From Acidobacteriota bacterium (GTDB lineage Bacteria > Acidobacteriota > Vicinamibacteria > Vicinamibacterales > UBA2999), in the NCBI GenBank assembly GCA_947482665.1, contig CANKJK010000005.1, forward strand, positions 66,674 through 130,673: a DNA stretch of 64,000 nucleotides, in the 5' to 3' direction. Shown in pieces: positions 26,063-35,013 of the stretch (the stretch's first letter is position 1; every line of letters begins with the position of its first letter). The notes beneath the pieces are model-generated. The model ran no database searches. It saw only the letters and a list, made by a program, of their open reading frames with translations, and was not told the DNA's origin. Made by a program: the position numbers and the translations under genes.

Positions 26063-27318
26063 TGATTCCCAATCAACTCGCTCTTCGCGCCTTGCGATCC
26101 GGGCGCCCGGCCAGGACCATCTGTCAACGCCGTGAGCGGGTCGAGCGCGCGAAGGTCCAATGGGGAGAAGCGTCCCGCGCCGGGCAACCGGTGGCAGGCG
26201 CGCAGCGCCACTGAGAGGTGTGCGTGCAGGAACTCCGGGTCGGCGAGCACGGCGGAGGTATTGACGCCGAGCATGGGCGCCAGCCACGTGAGGCTTCCAC
26301 AGGTGCCGACGTAGGCCGAGGCGTGGGCGATGATGTCGGTCTGCGCCGCAAGATTCATGGAGGGCGTCAGCCACTCACGCGCACTGACGATGCGCGGATC
26401 ACCGGCGAAGGCGTAGTCGGCGTGGTCGTCAATGGCCAGGCCGGTATCAAGCAGCACCACGGTGCTCCGCTCCGCCAGCTCGCGGACCATACGCTGCAGC
26501 GCCTGCCGGATGGCCGGCGTGTCGGGCATCGAGCGCGCCGCGTAGAACTTCACCGCCACGTAGGACTCGGGCAGACTCGTCCGCGCGATGACGCCTGGCG
26601 GACGGTGGAGGCGGAAGCGCGTGTGGCTGTCGAGGAACCCGCTCGCCCGATGGCCGGACCAAAAGAGCTTGAAGAGCCGGAACATCAACGACGGATGCAG
26701 GACCCGCGCGCCCTCGAGCCCCTGCGCCTTCACGGCGGCCGCGACCAGGTCCGCTTCGAGCGGCGAATGCGTGAGCTGCTTGAGATCGCCACGCTCGGCG
26801 TTGCGGCGCGCGAACTCCTCCGGGGTGATGTGATCCCACATCTCCACGTAGCGTGACGCGATGCCGTCGTACCAGGCCGAAACACCACCGCGGGACACCG
26901 CGGTGACCCGGGCCGGATCGAGCTGATACGCCGCACTGACCCAGCGGAGGAACGGAATCCAGTAGAGGACTTCGTAGCCGACCTCGGCCAGCCAGGGTCC
27001 GATGATGATCGGCGCGTCGCCGTCAGTGAGGGCGGCAAGCTCACGCTCCACCTGCCACTCGGTCTGGTTCCAGCCGTCCTGTTCCTTCAGTTCAGCCAGA
27101 CGGTGGCGCCGCTCACGCAGAGGACGCCGGACCGCACGGTAAACGTCCTTACCGGCGTTCACCGCCCGGTTGGACACCCCCTCGCGCACGTGCCCCACGG
27201 CGTGCATGGCGTCCTTCATGCCCTCGAACACGACCTTCCACGTATGCCGGACGCGGTTCTGCGCACGGCGCGCCTGCTTCAGCGTCAGATTGCGGGCGGC
27301 GGTGAGGCGCTGGGGCAT
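26059..27318 (-). CDS. FamB paralog B1: basic helical head plus putative GT-B-like core, family unassigned
   Basis: 419 aa. An Arg/Lys-rich head of about 100 aa, then PIIIGPWLAEVGYEVLYWIPFLRW, SRGG, VLHPSLMFRLF, YVAVKFY, PDTP, DDHADY, NLAAQ and AYVGTCGSLTWLAPMLG. Confidence 0.7.
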   Translation of the reverse strand: MPQRLTAARNLTLKQARRAQNRVRHTWKVVFEGMKDAMHAVGHVREGVSNRAVNAGKDVYRAVRRPLRERRHRLAELKEQDGWNQTEWQVERELAALTDGDAPIIIGPWLAEVGYEVLYWIPFLRWVSAAYQLDPARVTAVSRGGVSAWYDGIASRYVEMWDHITPEEFARRNAERGDLKQLTHSPLEADLVAAAVKAQGLEGARVLHPSLMFRLFKLFWSGHRASGFLDSHTRFRLHRPPGVIARTSLPESYVAVKFYAARSMPDTPAIRQALQRMVRELAERSTVVLLDTGLAIDDHADYAFAGDPRIVSAREWLTPSMNLAAQTDIIAHASAYVGTCGSLTWLAPMLGVNTSAVLADPEFLHAHLSVALRACHRLPGAGRFSPLDLRALDPLTALTDGPGRAPGSQGAKSELIGNQ

Positions 27319-27327
27319 CGTCCGGTG

Positions 27328-29979
27328 TCAGTCGCGGGGCACGGCGGGCACGGCCGGCGGCATCGGAAACGCAGCGGCCAGCGCGCGCCTGTGTCGGATG
27401 TCCACTTCCGAAAAGCCTCCGCCGCCGAGGCTCGCGAACACGCGCTTGGCGACCTCGAGGTGATCCCAGCGGAAGCCGCCGGGCTCGGAGTAGAACGTGA
27501 TCGTGTCGGTGCCGGCCAGGGGCGCGAGATAGGAGAAGCCGCCATAGCTGCCGACATAGGCCTCGGCGCCTCGGATCACGGCCGTCTGCACGGCAAGGTT
27601 CGTGGCAGGCACCATCAGGTGATCGATGGTGTGGATGCGGCCGCGCATCTCGCGCGGGAAGTCGTCATGATCGTCGTAGCGGACGCCGGATCCGAGCAGC
27701 ACCACGTCGCCACCCTGCGCGAGGCCCGCTAGGCACTGTTCCACGAACGCACGGTTGTCGGGCGAGTCCGGTAACGCGACGTTGCCGTAGAACTTCGCCA
27801 CCACGTACCGGTCCGGCAACTGGCGGCGAATGGCCTGCTCGGCCTCCGAGGCCCCGATGCGCGCGTACTGCGTGAACAGCTCCACGAGCGTGATGGGCTG
27901 CTCCTGCCGCCAGAAGAGCTGGAAGAGGCCGTACATCAGCGACGGGTGCAGCACCTCATAGCTCGCGAGCTCGCGTGACGCGGCCACACGCTCGGCGATC
28001 TCCTTGTCGAAGCCGGCAAGCTGCACGTGCTTCAGCACGCCCTTCTGCTCGGTGATTCGCGCCTCGTTGCGCGTCCGGAACTCCTCGGGCGTGAAGTAGC
28101 TGAAGACGTCGTCGTAATTCGGCGTGATGTCCTGATACCAGAGCCCGGTACCACCGCGCGACACCACATGCAGGCGTGCCGGGTCGAGGTGCGCATACCG
28201 CTTCGCCCATCGGACGAAGGGCACCCAGTACAACAGCTCGAAGCCGGCCTCGGAGAGCCACGGGCCCACGATGATGGGCTTGCCTGATTCTGCCAGCCGG
28301 ACCACCGCCTCGCGCACCGCCTGCGCCTCGGGCGTCTGGCTGCCAGCCAGCACCTTCTGCTCGCGAAGCTTTCCAACTCTGGGCGCGAGCGCGGACGCGC
28401 CGCCGATGGCTTCGGCCCTCGCGTGCTCGGCGGCCTTGCGCTTGTCGGCTCCGCGCACGGTGACCCGGCCCGGGCCGGCGGCCTCCCGGTCGCGGCGACC
28501 CACAGCGGCCAGCACCCTCGGCAGGATCCGGCCCGCAATCCCGGCAAAGGGGACGCGCGCGGGCGCCGGGCTCGGACGGGAGCCAAGGCGCTCGATGGCC
28601 TCGACGAATTTCGGCGCGGCTGCGACCTCGAGCCCGAAGGGCCGGATGAAGTAGCGCGCGAAGTCGCGGCTCTTCGGATCGGCGTCCACATGCGCCGAGA
28701 GCGGAGCCGCGAGCTGCGCGACGTGCTCCTCGAAACTACGCGCCACGTGCAGGAGACCACCGCCCGCCGAGAGACCGGCTTCGCGCCCGGCACGGTCGCG
28801 CGTCCGCTCGCCCAGCAAATACCGGAAATGGATGGTCCCCTCCTGGTTCTCCCGCGAGTACTTCGGCAGGATCACCGTGTGGACCGGCCGGCCGACGACC
28901 GCCGACTCAAGGAACGCGCTCGTGTTGAGCCCGACGACCACCGCGGCATGGTGCATCGAGTCGAAGTAGTCGGCGCGCGACGCCTCGTCGAGCGGATGGC
29001 TCCCCCAGAAGGCCACATCCGTGTAACCCGACAGATCGAAGCCGGCCCACTCGTCGAGACGGCTCGGGTGCGGACGGATCAGGATCCCCGCCGTGGCGAC
29101 GGCCGGTTCCGGCGCTGACCGGATGGCCCGGATCCACTTCTCGACGAACACCGTCTCGTCGACCGTGTCCCGGAACAGCGACGAGCACACGTAGAGGATG
29201 TAGGGCCGATCAGGCGGGAGTCCAAGTTGTGCGCAGAGCTGCGCGCGTGAACGGCGGGGCGTCCAGCCGAACCAGTGATCGTAGGTGTGCGCGCCGGTCA
29301 CCTCGACGGATGCAGACTCGAGCCCGTGCAGACGGACGGCTTCGTCCTTCTGCAGCTCGTTCCACACCAGGATGAGCCCGGGGTTGCCGCGAACCGGCGC
29401 CTTGCTCGACAGGTGATCCCAGCTCGTCACGGGCAGCGCTGTCCGGAGGCCCAGCGCACCGGCCGCCTGGAGGTAATCCATCTGCGGCGACCCGAGCTCT
29501 ATCAGCGGCGTCACCAGCACGACATCCGGCTGCTCCGCGCGCAGCCACTCGAGGATGGGCTGACTCACGGGCACCGCCGCTTCCATCCACCGGAGGAACG
29601 CGGAGAGCAGCGCACGGCCAGGCTTGCGTCGGATGAGCGGCGCATTCAGCCAGCGAAGGATGGCGCCGGGCGCCCGGGCTTCCGCCCGGGCGCGCAGGTG
29701 ACGCGCCTGGTTGTAGAGCGGGTCGCGGAAGCGGACGGCGTCGATGCCGAGCCGGAGGTGCCGGACACGATCCGCCTGCTCCGTCTTGGCCCGCACTGGG
29801 GCCGTCGTGACGGAAACACCCGGACAGTCGGCCATCAGCGCGTCGAGCAGCCGCTGGCTGCTCGGGTCCTCGCGCTCGACCGACAGCCGGACGATGTGAC
29901 CTCGGGCCGCAAGTGCCCGGATGACGCCGTCGAAGTTGCGGAGGTAGCCGCTGTGGCGCGCGATAAACAGGACCTTCAC
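27328..29979 (-). CDS. Natural FamA-FamB fusion (A2-B2)
   Basis: Track ORF 27328..30171 trimmed to GTG 29979 (GTGA overlap), giving 883 aa. It starts VKVLFIARHSGYLRNFDG and carries all FamA blocks (VTSWDHLSSK, ILIRPHP, ENQEGTIHFRYLL). A basic linker of about 100 aa follows. The last 316 aa (from about nt 28278) form a complete FamB core: PIIVGPWLSEAGFELLYWVPFVRW, VLHPSLMYGLF and AYVGSYGGFSYLAPLAG. Confidence 0.75.
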   Translation of the reverse strand: MKVLFIARHSGYLRNFDGVIRALAARGHIVRLSVEREDPSSQRLLDALMADCPGVSVTTAPVRAKTEQADRVRHLRLGIDAVRFRDPLYNQARHLRARAEARAPGAILRWLNAPLIRRKPGRALLSAFLRWMEAAVPVSQPILEWLRAEQPDVVLVTPLIELGSPQMDYLQAAGALGLRTALPVTSWDHLSSKAPVRGNPGLILVWNELQKDEAVRLHGLESASVEVTGAHTYDHWFGWTPRRSRAQLCAQLGLPPDRPYILYVCSSLFRDTVDETVFVEKWIRAIRSAPEPAVATAGILIRPHPSRLDEWAGFDLSGYTDVAFWGSHPLDEASRADYFDSMHHAAVVVGLNTSAFLESAVVGRPVHTVILPKYSRENQEGTIHFRYLLGERTRDRAGREAGLSAGGGLLHVARSFEEHVAQLAAPLSAHVDADPKSRDFARYFIRPFGLEVAAAPKFVEAIERLGSRPSPAPARVPFAGIAGRILPRVLAAVGRRDREAAGPGRVTVRGADKRKAAEHARAEAIGGASALAPRVGKLREQKVLAGSQTPEAQAVREAVVRLAESGKPIIVGPWLSEAGFELLYWVPFVRWAKRYAHLDPARLHVVSRGGTGLWYQDITPNYDDVFSYFTPEEFRTRNEARITEQKGVLKHVQLAGFDKEIAERVAASRELASYEVLHPSLMYGLFQLFWRQEQPITLVELFTQYARIGASEAEQAIRRQLPDRYVVAKFYGNVALPDSPDNRAFVEQCLAGLAQGGDVVLLGSGVRYDDHDDFPREMRGRIHTIDHLMVPATNLAVQTAVIRGAEAYVGSYGGFSYLAPLAGTDTITFYSEPGGFRWDHLEVAKRVFASLGGGGFSEVDIRHRRALAAAFPMPPAVPAVPRD

Positions 29980-31337
29980 GCCGCGCCTCCCGGTTCCCGG
30001 CCGCTGTTGAGCGTCAGCCCCAGCGGCGCCAGCGCACCGAGATCGAAGGGCGTGAAGCGCCCAGCGCCGAGCACGCGATAGACCCGCCGCGCCACGTGCA
30101 GGTGCACGTTCAGGAACCGCACGTCGGTCATCACGGCCGTCGTATCCGTGCCGAGCATGGGCGCCAGCCACGCGATACTGCCGCAGGTGCCCACGAACGC
30201 GCGGGCGTTGGCGATGATCCGCGACTGCACGGCCAGATTGTTCCGTGGGTGCATGAAGGACCGGGCGCTGATGATGCGGTCGTGATGCGGGAAGTCGTAC
30301 TCGCCGTGGTCGTCGAGCACGAGGCCCGTATCAAGCATCACGAGCGGGTGACGCTCGGCCAGCGCGCCCAGCAGCTCACGGAGGATCCGGCGCGTCTCCG
30401 GCGTGTCCTGAAGCGACTGCGCGGAGTAGAACTTTACGGCGACGTAGTCGCGCGGCAACTCCGGCAGCGGGGCCTCGGCCTCGCCAGGTGGCGCGATGAG
30501 GCTGTAATTCGTGTGCTCGTCGAGGAAGCTCAATGCGCGGTTCCCGGCCCAGAACTGCTGAAAGAGGCGATACATCAAGGATGGATGCAGCACCTGCGCG
30601 CGGGGCACGCCCCAGTCGGCGCGCGCGCGCTCGATGAGGTCGCGCTCAAAGGCCGAGATGTCCAACTGCTTGATCGTGCCGCCGGGACCCTCCGCCTTCG
30701 AGGCGTTGTAGGCCGCGAAGGCCTCCGGCGTGATCTGGTCGAACACCTCGACACGGTTGGGCGTGATGTCGCCGTACCAGGCGCCGGCTCCACCGCGCGA
30801 AAGCACCAGCATCTGATCGGCCTTGATCCGGTAGGTGGCGCGGAACCAGCGGACGAAGGGCACCCAGTAGAGCGCCTCATAGCCGACCTCGGAGAGCCAC
30901 GGCCCGACAATGATCGGGTCACCAGGATCGGTCAGCCGCTCGATTTCCTGCTCGAGGCTGATCTCCGTCCGGACCGCCGACCACTTCTCCTGTACGCGCC
31001 GGCGGCGGGACCGCCAGCGCATGACGGGCCGCCGCAGGCTCCAGAGATAAAGCAGGCCCTTGCGCGTCAGGTTCCGCGTGATCACCGGGGCGTTCCGCAG
31101 CCGCTCCCCGGCAATCTTGAGCGGCTTGAGGAGCTTCGGTCCGCGCAGCTCCGTCTCGCGGGCAATCTTCCGGCCCCAGCGGGTTGCCACGCGGACGAGG
31201 GCGGCCTGCCGCCGCTCGAGGACGCGAGCGCCTTCCTTGCGGACGCGCTTGACCGCTCGACGTGCCTCGCCCACCCAGTGCCGCTTCTGCTCCCGGGCGA
31301 ACGTGTCGAGCCGCTGGAGCACCGACATAGCCGTCAC
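29976..31337 (-). CDS. FamB paralog B3 with about 140-aa Arg-rich helical head
   Basis: Track ORF 29976..31628 trimmed to GTG 31337 (GTGA overlap), with ATG 31328 as an alternative. Head: AREQKRHWVGEARRAVKRVRKEGARVLERRQAALV...RWRSRRRRVQEKW. Core: PIIVGPWLSEVGYEALYWVPFVRW, VLHPSLMYRLF and AFVGTCGSIAWLAPMLG. Confidence 0.7.
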   Translation of the reverse strand: MTAMSVLQRLDTFAREQKRHWVGEARRAVKRVRKEGARVLERRQAALVRVATRWGRKIARETELRGPKLLKPLKIAGERLRNAPVITRNLTRKGLLYLWSLRRPVMRWRSRRRRVQEKWSAVRTEISLEQEIERLTDPGDPIIVGPWLSEVGYEALYWVPFVRWFRATYRIKADQMLVLSRGGAGAWYGDITPNRVEVFDQITPEAFAAYNASKAEGPGGTIKQLDISAFERDLIERARADWGVPRAQVLHPSLMYRLFQQFWAGNRALSFLDEHTNYSLIAPPGEAEAPLPELPRDYVAVKFYSAQSLQDTPETRRILRELLGALAERHPLVMLDTGLVLDDHGEYDFPHHDRIISARSFMHPRNNLAVQSRIIANARAFVGTCGSIAWLAPMLGTDTTAVMTDVRFLNVHLHVARRVYRVLGAGRFTPFDLGALAPLGLTLNSGREPGGAA

Positions 31338-32350
31338 GACGCAACCGCCTCGGGCGCGCCAGCCGACACGGCGGTGAGCCGCAGCAGATCCGGGCCGAAG
31401 CCGGCGAAGACTGACTGGGCCAGGGCGAGGTGAGCCTGCGAGAAGCCCGCGGGGTTCGAGTACACGGCGCGGGCCGGGATGCCCCGGCTGGGCGCGAGGT
31501 AGGCGAAGCCGCCGTAGGTGCCGACCCAGGCACGAGCGCGCGCGACGATGGCGTCCTGCTCGGCGAGATTGGTGGCCGCGACCGGCGTCGGAAGGCCCCG
31601 CTGCGCGGCGTGCGCTTCCTCTTCCCACGCGACGTGGTCATCCACGCGCAGGCCAGTGGCCAGCGAGACAACGGGCCCCTCGGCCGACAAGCCCCGCACG
31701 ATACGGTCCGCGGCCGCGCGGTTCTCGGACGTGGGCGGGAAGGCCTCGTTGAAATAGAACTTCACCGCAGTGAAGGACGCCGGCAGTGCCACCGACGGGG
31801 GTGGCGCCGGCGGCAACAGCGTAAAGCGCGCGTGCGATCTGACCCAGCCCACATCCGCATGCCGCCACCAGAACGGATTGAACAGCCGGAACATCAGACC
31901 GGGGTGGAGTATCTCGGGGTTCCGGAGCCCCTCGGCTACGGCAACATCCCGCACAAGGCCCGCTTCGGACCCGGTGAGGCGTACCTGCTTCTGCTCGCCG
32001 AACCGCCTCACCCGTTCCTGGTGCATCCGCGGCAGGGCATCGGGAGAGAGGAACTCGAAAGCGTCACGGTAGCGCGCGGAGATGTGGCCGTACCACGCCG
32101 CTGGGCCGCCACGGGACACGACAACCAGCTGCTGCCGATCGAAACCGTGTGCCTCGATCGCCCACTCGAGGAACGGCCGCCAGTACAGCAGCTCGAAGCC
32201 GACCTCGCCGAGCCAGGGTCCGACGATGACGGGGCGTCCGCTCCGCGCCATTCGCGAGAGTTCGCGCAGCACCGCCCGCTCTATCCACGTTCGCCAGGCC
32301 GAAGTGGCCAGCGGGCGCAGGGGTGGGGGCAGCAGCCGGGCCAGAGTCAT
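31334..32350 (-). CDS. FamB paralog B4 (short about 40-aa head)
   Basis: 338 aa with ATGA overlap with the upstream stop. Motifs PVIVGPWLGEVGFELLYWRPFLEW, ILHPGLMFRLF and AWVGTYGGFAYLAPSRG. Confidence 0.7.
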   Translation of the reverse strand: MTLARLLPPPLRPLATSAWRTWIERAVLRELSRMARSGRPVIVGPWLGEVGFELLYWRPFLEWAIEAHGFDRQQLVVVSRGGPAAWYGHISARYRDAFEFLSPDALPRMHQERVRRFGEQKQVRLTGSEAGLVRDVAVAEGLRNPEILHPGLMFRLFNPFWWRHADVGWVRSHARFTLLPPAPPPSVALPASFTAVKFYFNEAFPPTSENRAAADRIVRGLSAEGPVVSLATGLRVDDHVAWEEEAHAAQRGLPTPVAATNLAEQDAIVARARAWVGTYGGFAYLAPSRGIPARAVYSNPAGFSQAHLALAQSVFAGFGPDLLRLTAVSAGAPEAVAS

Positions 32351-35013
32351 CGCGGGCCGGTCCCCGCCGGCGCCGTCTCGCGGTCGCCACCGCCGAGCAT
32401 GCGCCGCGTGACCGGCAGTTCGCGCAGGTCGAGCGGCGTGAAGGTTCCAACCTGCAGCGCCGAGAAGACGCGCCGGGCGACATCGAGGTGGTCGAACCGA
32501 AAGCCCGTCGGGTGCGAGTAGAACGCCACGGTGGGCACCCCAAGTAGCGGCGCGAGATACGAGAAGCCGCCGTAGGTGCCGACAAACGCCTCGGCGCCCG
32601 CAATCACAGCGGACTGCACTTCGAGGTTGTCTTCAGGACGCATCAGATCCGTGACGCGGTGCACGCGCGCGCGCACCTGCGAGGGCAGGTCGGCGTGGTC
32701 GTCAAAGCGGATACCCGTGTCGAGCAGCACGACGTCCGAGGTCTCGGTGAGCGCGGCAAGCGTCTCCGCGATGAACTGCCGGTTGCCCGCCGTATCCGGG
32801 AGCGCGCCGTTCGCGTAGAACTTCGCCGCGACGTACCGCTCCGGCAGGGCGGCGCGGACGTCCGGACGGTCCGGACGCTGCAGCGGGCCGTGCGCCGTGA
32901 ACGCATCAATGAGCGTCACCGGGGCGAGCTGCCGCCAGTACGCGTTGAAGAGCCGGTACATCGTCGAAGGATGGATCCGGTGCGTCTTCCCGAGCTTCAG
33001 GTCCGAGGCGACACGCTGCTCGATTTCGCGATCCCAGGCGGTCATCTCGAGATGCTTCAGCCGGCCCCCATAGGACGCCTGCCGCGCCTCGTTCATCGCG
33101 CGGAACTCGTCGGGTGAGCAGTAGCCGAAGAGGTCGACGTAGCGGCTGGTGATGTGCCGGTACCACGACGCCGTGCCGCCGCGCGAGATCACGACCAGGC
33201 GTTCCGGGTCGATGTTGCCGTAGGCACGGGCCCACGCGAGGAACGGAATCCAGTAGAGCAGCTCGAAGCCCGTCTCCGACACCCACGGCCCCAGAATGAT
33301 GGGCTCCTGAATGCGGCCGATGGCCGTCACAAGTGCTCGAACCTCCTGCACCTCAGGCACGTTCGGGAACTTCTCGACTTTCGCCGGATCGGCGCCCTTC
33401 CCCACCTTCGGCAGCATGGTGCCCTGATGGGGCGCGGGCGGCGCGGCCCCGAGCCACGCCAGCAGGCGCCGGCGCACCGGCGCCCACAGCCGCTCGACGA
33501 TCCGGCGCTTCATGCGCTGCACGAACGAGCGGGCCATCTTCCGCCCCAGCTCCGTCCATACCTGCGCGCCGGCCACCAGGAACCATGGCAGCAGGAGGAT
33601 GCGCGCGAGGAACGCCGCCGGGGCCGACACGCGCACCGGGGCCGGCGCCGGTCGCCCTCCAAGCGCCTCGATCGCGTCGGCGAAGCGAGGAGTACCCGCC
33701 TCCTCGCGCCCGAACGGACGGACGAACCCTTCGATGAACCGGCGGCTCTTGTCGGACGTCTCGCCGGCCAGCGTGCGCGCGAGCTGGCCGCGGTGCTCGT
33801 CGAAGCTGCGGGCCACATGCAACAGGCCGCCGTTCACTTCCATGAGGTACCGGAAGTGAAGCGTGCCCTCCTGGTTCCGGTCCGAGAACTCGGGCAGCAG
33901 TACCGTGAACACCGGCCTGTCCACGCAGCCCGCCTCGATGAAGGCACTCGTGTTCAGCCCCACCACGGCGGCGGCGTAGTGCATGGAGTCGAAGTAGTCG
34001 TTCTTGGACTCGGCGTCGATCGGGTGCGCGCCGTAGAGCACAACGTCCGTGAAGCCGGTGAGCTCCGTCGACGCCCATTCCTCCATCCGCTGCGGATGCG
34101 GCCGCACGAGAATCGACGCGTCGCGGAGCGCCGGGTCGGTGCTCGTGCGCACTTCCTGGATCCACCGCTCGACGAATCGGGCCTCGTTGCCCGTGCCCTT
34201 GAAGAGCGACGAGCAGACATACAGGATGAACGGCTTGTCGCGCGGGAGTCCCACGCGTTCGAGGAACGCCTCACGCGGGCGCGACGGCGCACGGTCGAAC
34301 CATTGGTCGAAGCACTGCGCGCCGGTGACGACCACCCGCTCCGGCGGCACGCCATGGAGCCTCACGGCCTCGTCGCGCTGGACGGGGTTCCAGACCGTGA
34401 CGAGCTCAGGCAGCTCGCGGAGGCGTGACTTGCTGGACAGGTGGTCCCAACTACCAACCGCGAGCACCGAACGCAGACCGAGCGCCTTGGCGGCAATCAG
34501 GTGGTCGAGCTGCGGCGTCCCGAGTTCGATGAGCGGCGTGATCAGCACCGCATCCGGCCGCTGGTCCCGCAGGAAACGCTCAAGGGGCTCGTTCGCGGGA
34601 ATGGCGCGCTCGAGCACCCGCAGCCAGCGTTCGAGCCGGCGCGCACCGTCGACGCCACCCAGCCCCGGCACGCGCTGCAGACGGAGCAGGATGTGGGGTG
34701 CGCGCTCACGGGCCCTGGCGCGCAAGTGCGGCGTGTCGTCGTAGAGAGGATCCACGAAGCGCAGGTAGTCAAGCGCCAGGCGCAGCCGGCGCGCCATCTC
34801 CACCCACGCACCGGACTCGCGGCCCTTCGTCCAGCCAAACGTGAGATGCCCGCCGGATTCAGCGGCCAGCCGGCGGACGAGCTGTTCGCCGCCGAGCAGC
34901 TCCCAGCGATCCGCCGACACGTGCACATCGTGCCCGCGCCGGACGAGCTCCATCACCGCGGACTCGAAGTTCCGCAGATAGGCGTAGTGCCGGACAAGGA
35001 AGAGGATACGCAT
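32347..35013 (-). CDS. Natural FamA-FamB fusion (A3-B5)
   Basis: Track ORF 32347..35136 trimmed to ATG 35013 (TGATG overlap), giving 888 aa. It starts MRILFLVRHYAYLRNFES and carries the FamA blocks (VGSWDHLSSK, ILVRPHP, RNQEGTLHFRYLM). After a linker, the last 318 aa (from about nt 33303) form a FamB core: PIILGPWVSETGFELLYWIPFLAW, RIHPSTMYRLF and AFVGTYGGFSYLAPLLG. Confidence 0.75.
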   Translation of the reverse strand: MRILFLVRHYAYLRNFESAVMELVRRGHDVHVSADRWELLGGEQLVRRLAAESGGHLTFGWTKGRESGAWVEMARRLRLALDYLRFVDPLYDDTPHLRARARERAPHILLRLQRVPGLGGVDGARRLERWLRVLERAIPANEPLERFLRDQRPDAVLITPLIELGTPQLDHLIAAKALGLRSVLAVGSWDHLSSKSRLRELPELVTVWNPVQRDEAVRLHGVPPERVVVTGAQCFDQWFDRAPSRPREAFLERVGLPRDKPFILYVCSSLFKGTGNEARFVERWIQEVRTSTDPALRDASILVRPHPQRMEEWASTELTGFTDVVLYGAHPIDAESKNDYFDSMHYAAAVVGLNTSAFIEAGCVDRPVFTVLLPEFSDRNQEGTLHFRYLMEVNGGLLHVARSFDEHRGQLARTLAGETSDKSRRFIEGFVRPFGREEAGTPRFADAIEALGGRPAPAPVRVSAPAAFLARILLLPWFLVAGAQVWTELGRKMARSFVQRMKRRIVERLWAPVRRRLLAWLGAAPPAPHQGTMLPKVGKGADPAKVEKFPNVPEVQEVRALVTAIGRIQEPIILGPWVSETGFELLYWIPFLAWARAYGNIDPERLVVISRGGTASWYRHITSRYVDLFGYCSPDEFRAMNEARQASYGGRLKHLEMTAWDREIEQRVASDLKLGKTHRIHPSTMYRLFNAYWRQLAPVTLIDAFTAHGPLQRPDRPDVRAALPERYVAAKFYANGALPDTAGNRQFIAETLAALTETSDVVLLDTGIRFDDHADLPSQVRARVHRVTDLMRPEDNLEVQSAVIAGAEAFVGTYGGFSYLAPLLGVPTVAFYSHPTGFRFDHLDVARRVFSALQVGTFTPLDLRELPVTRRMLGGGDRETAPAGTGPR

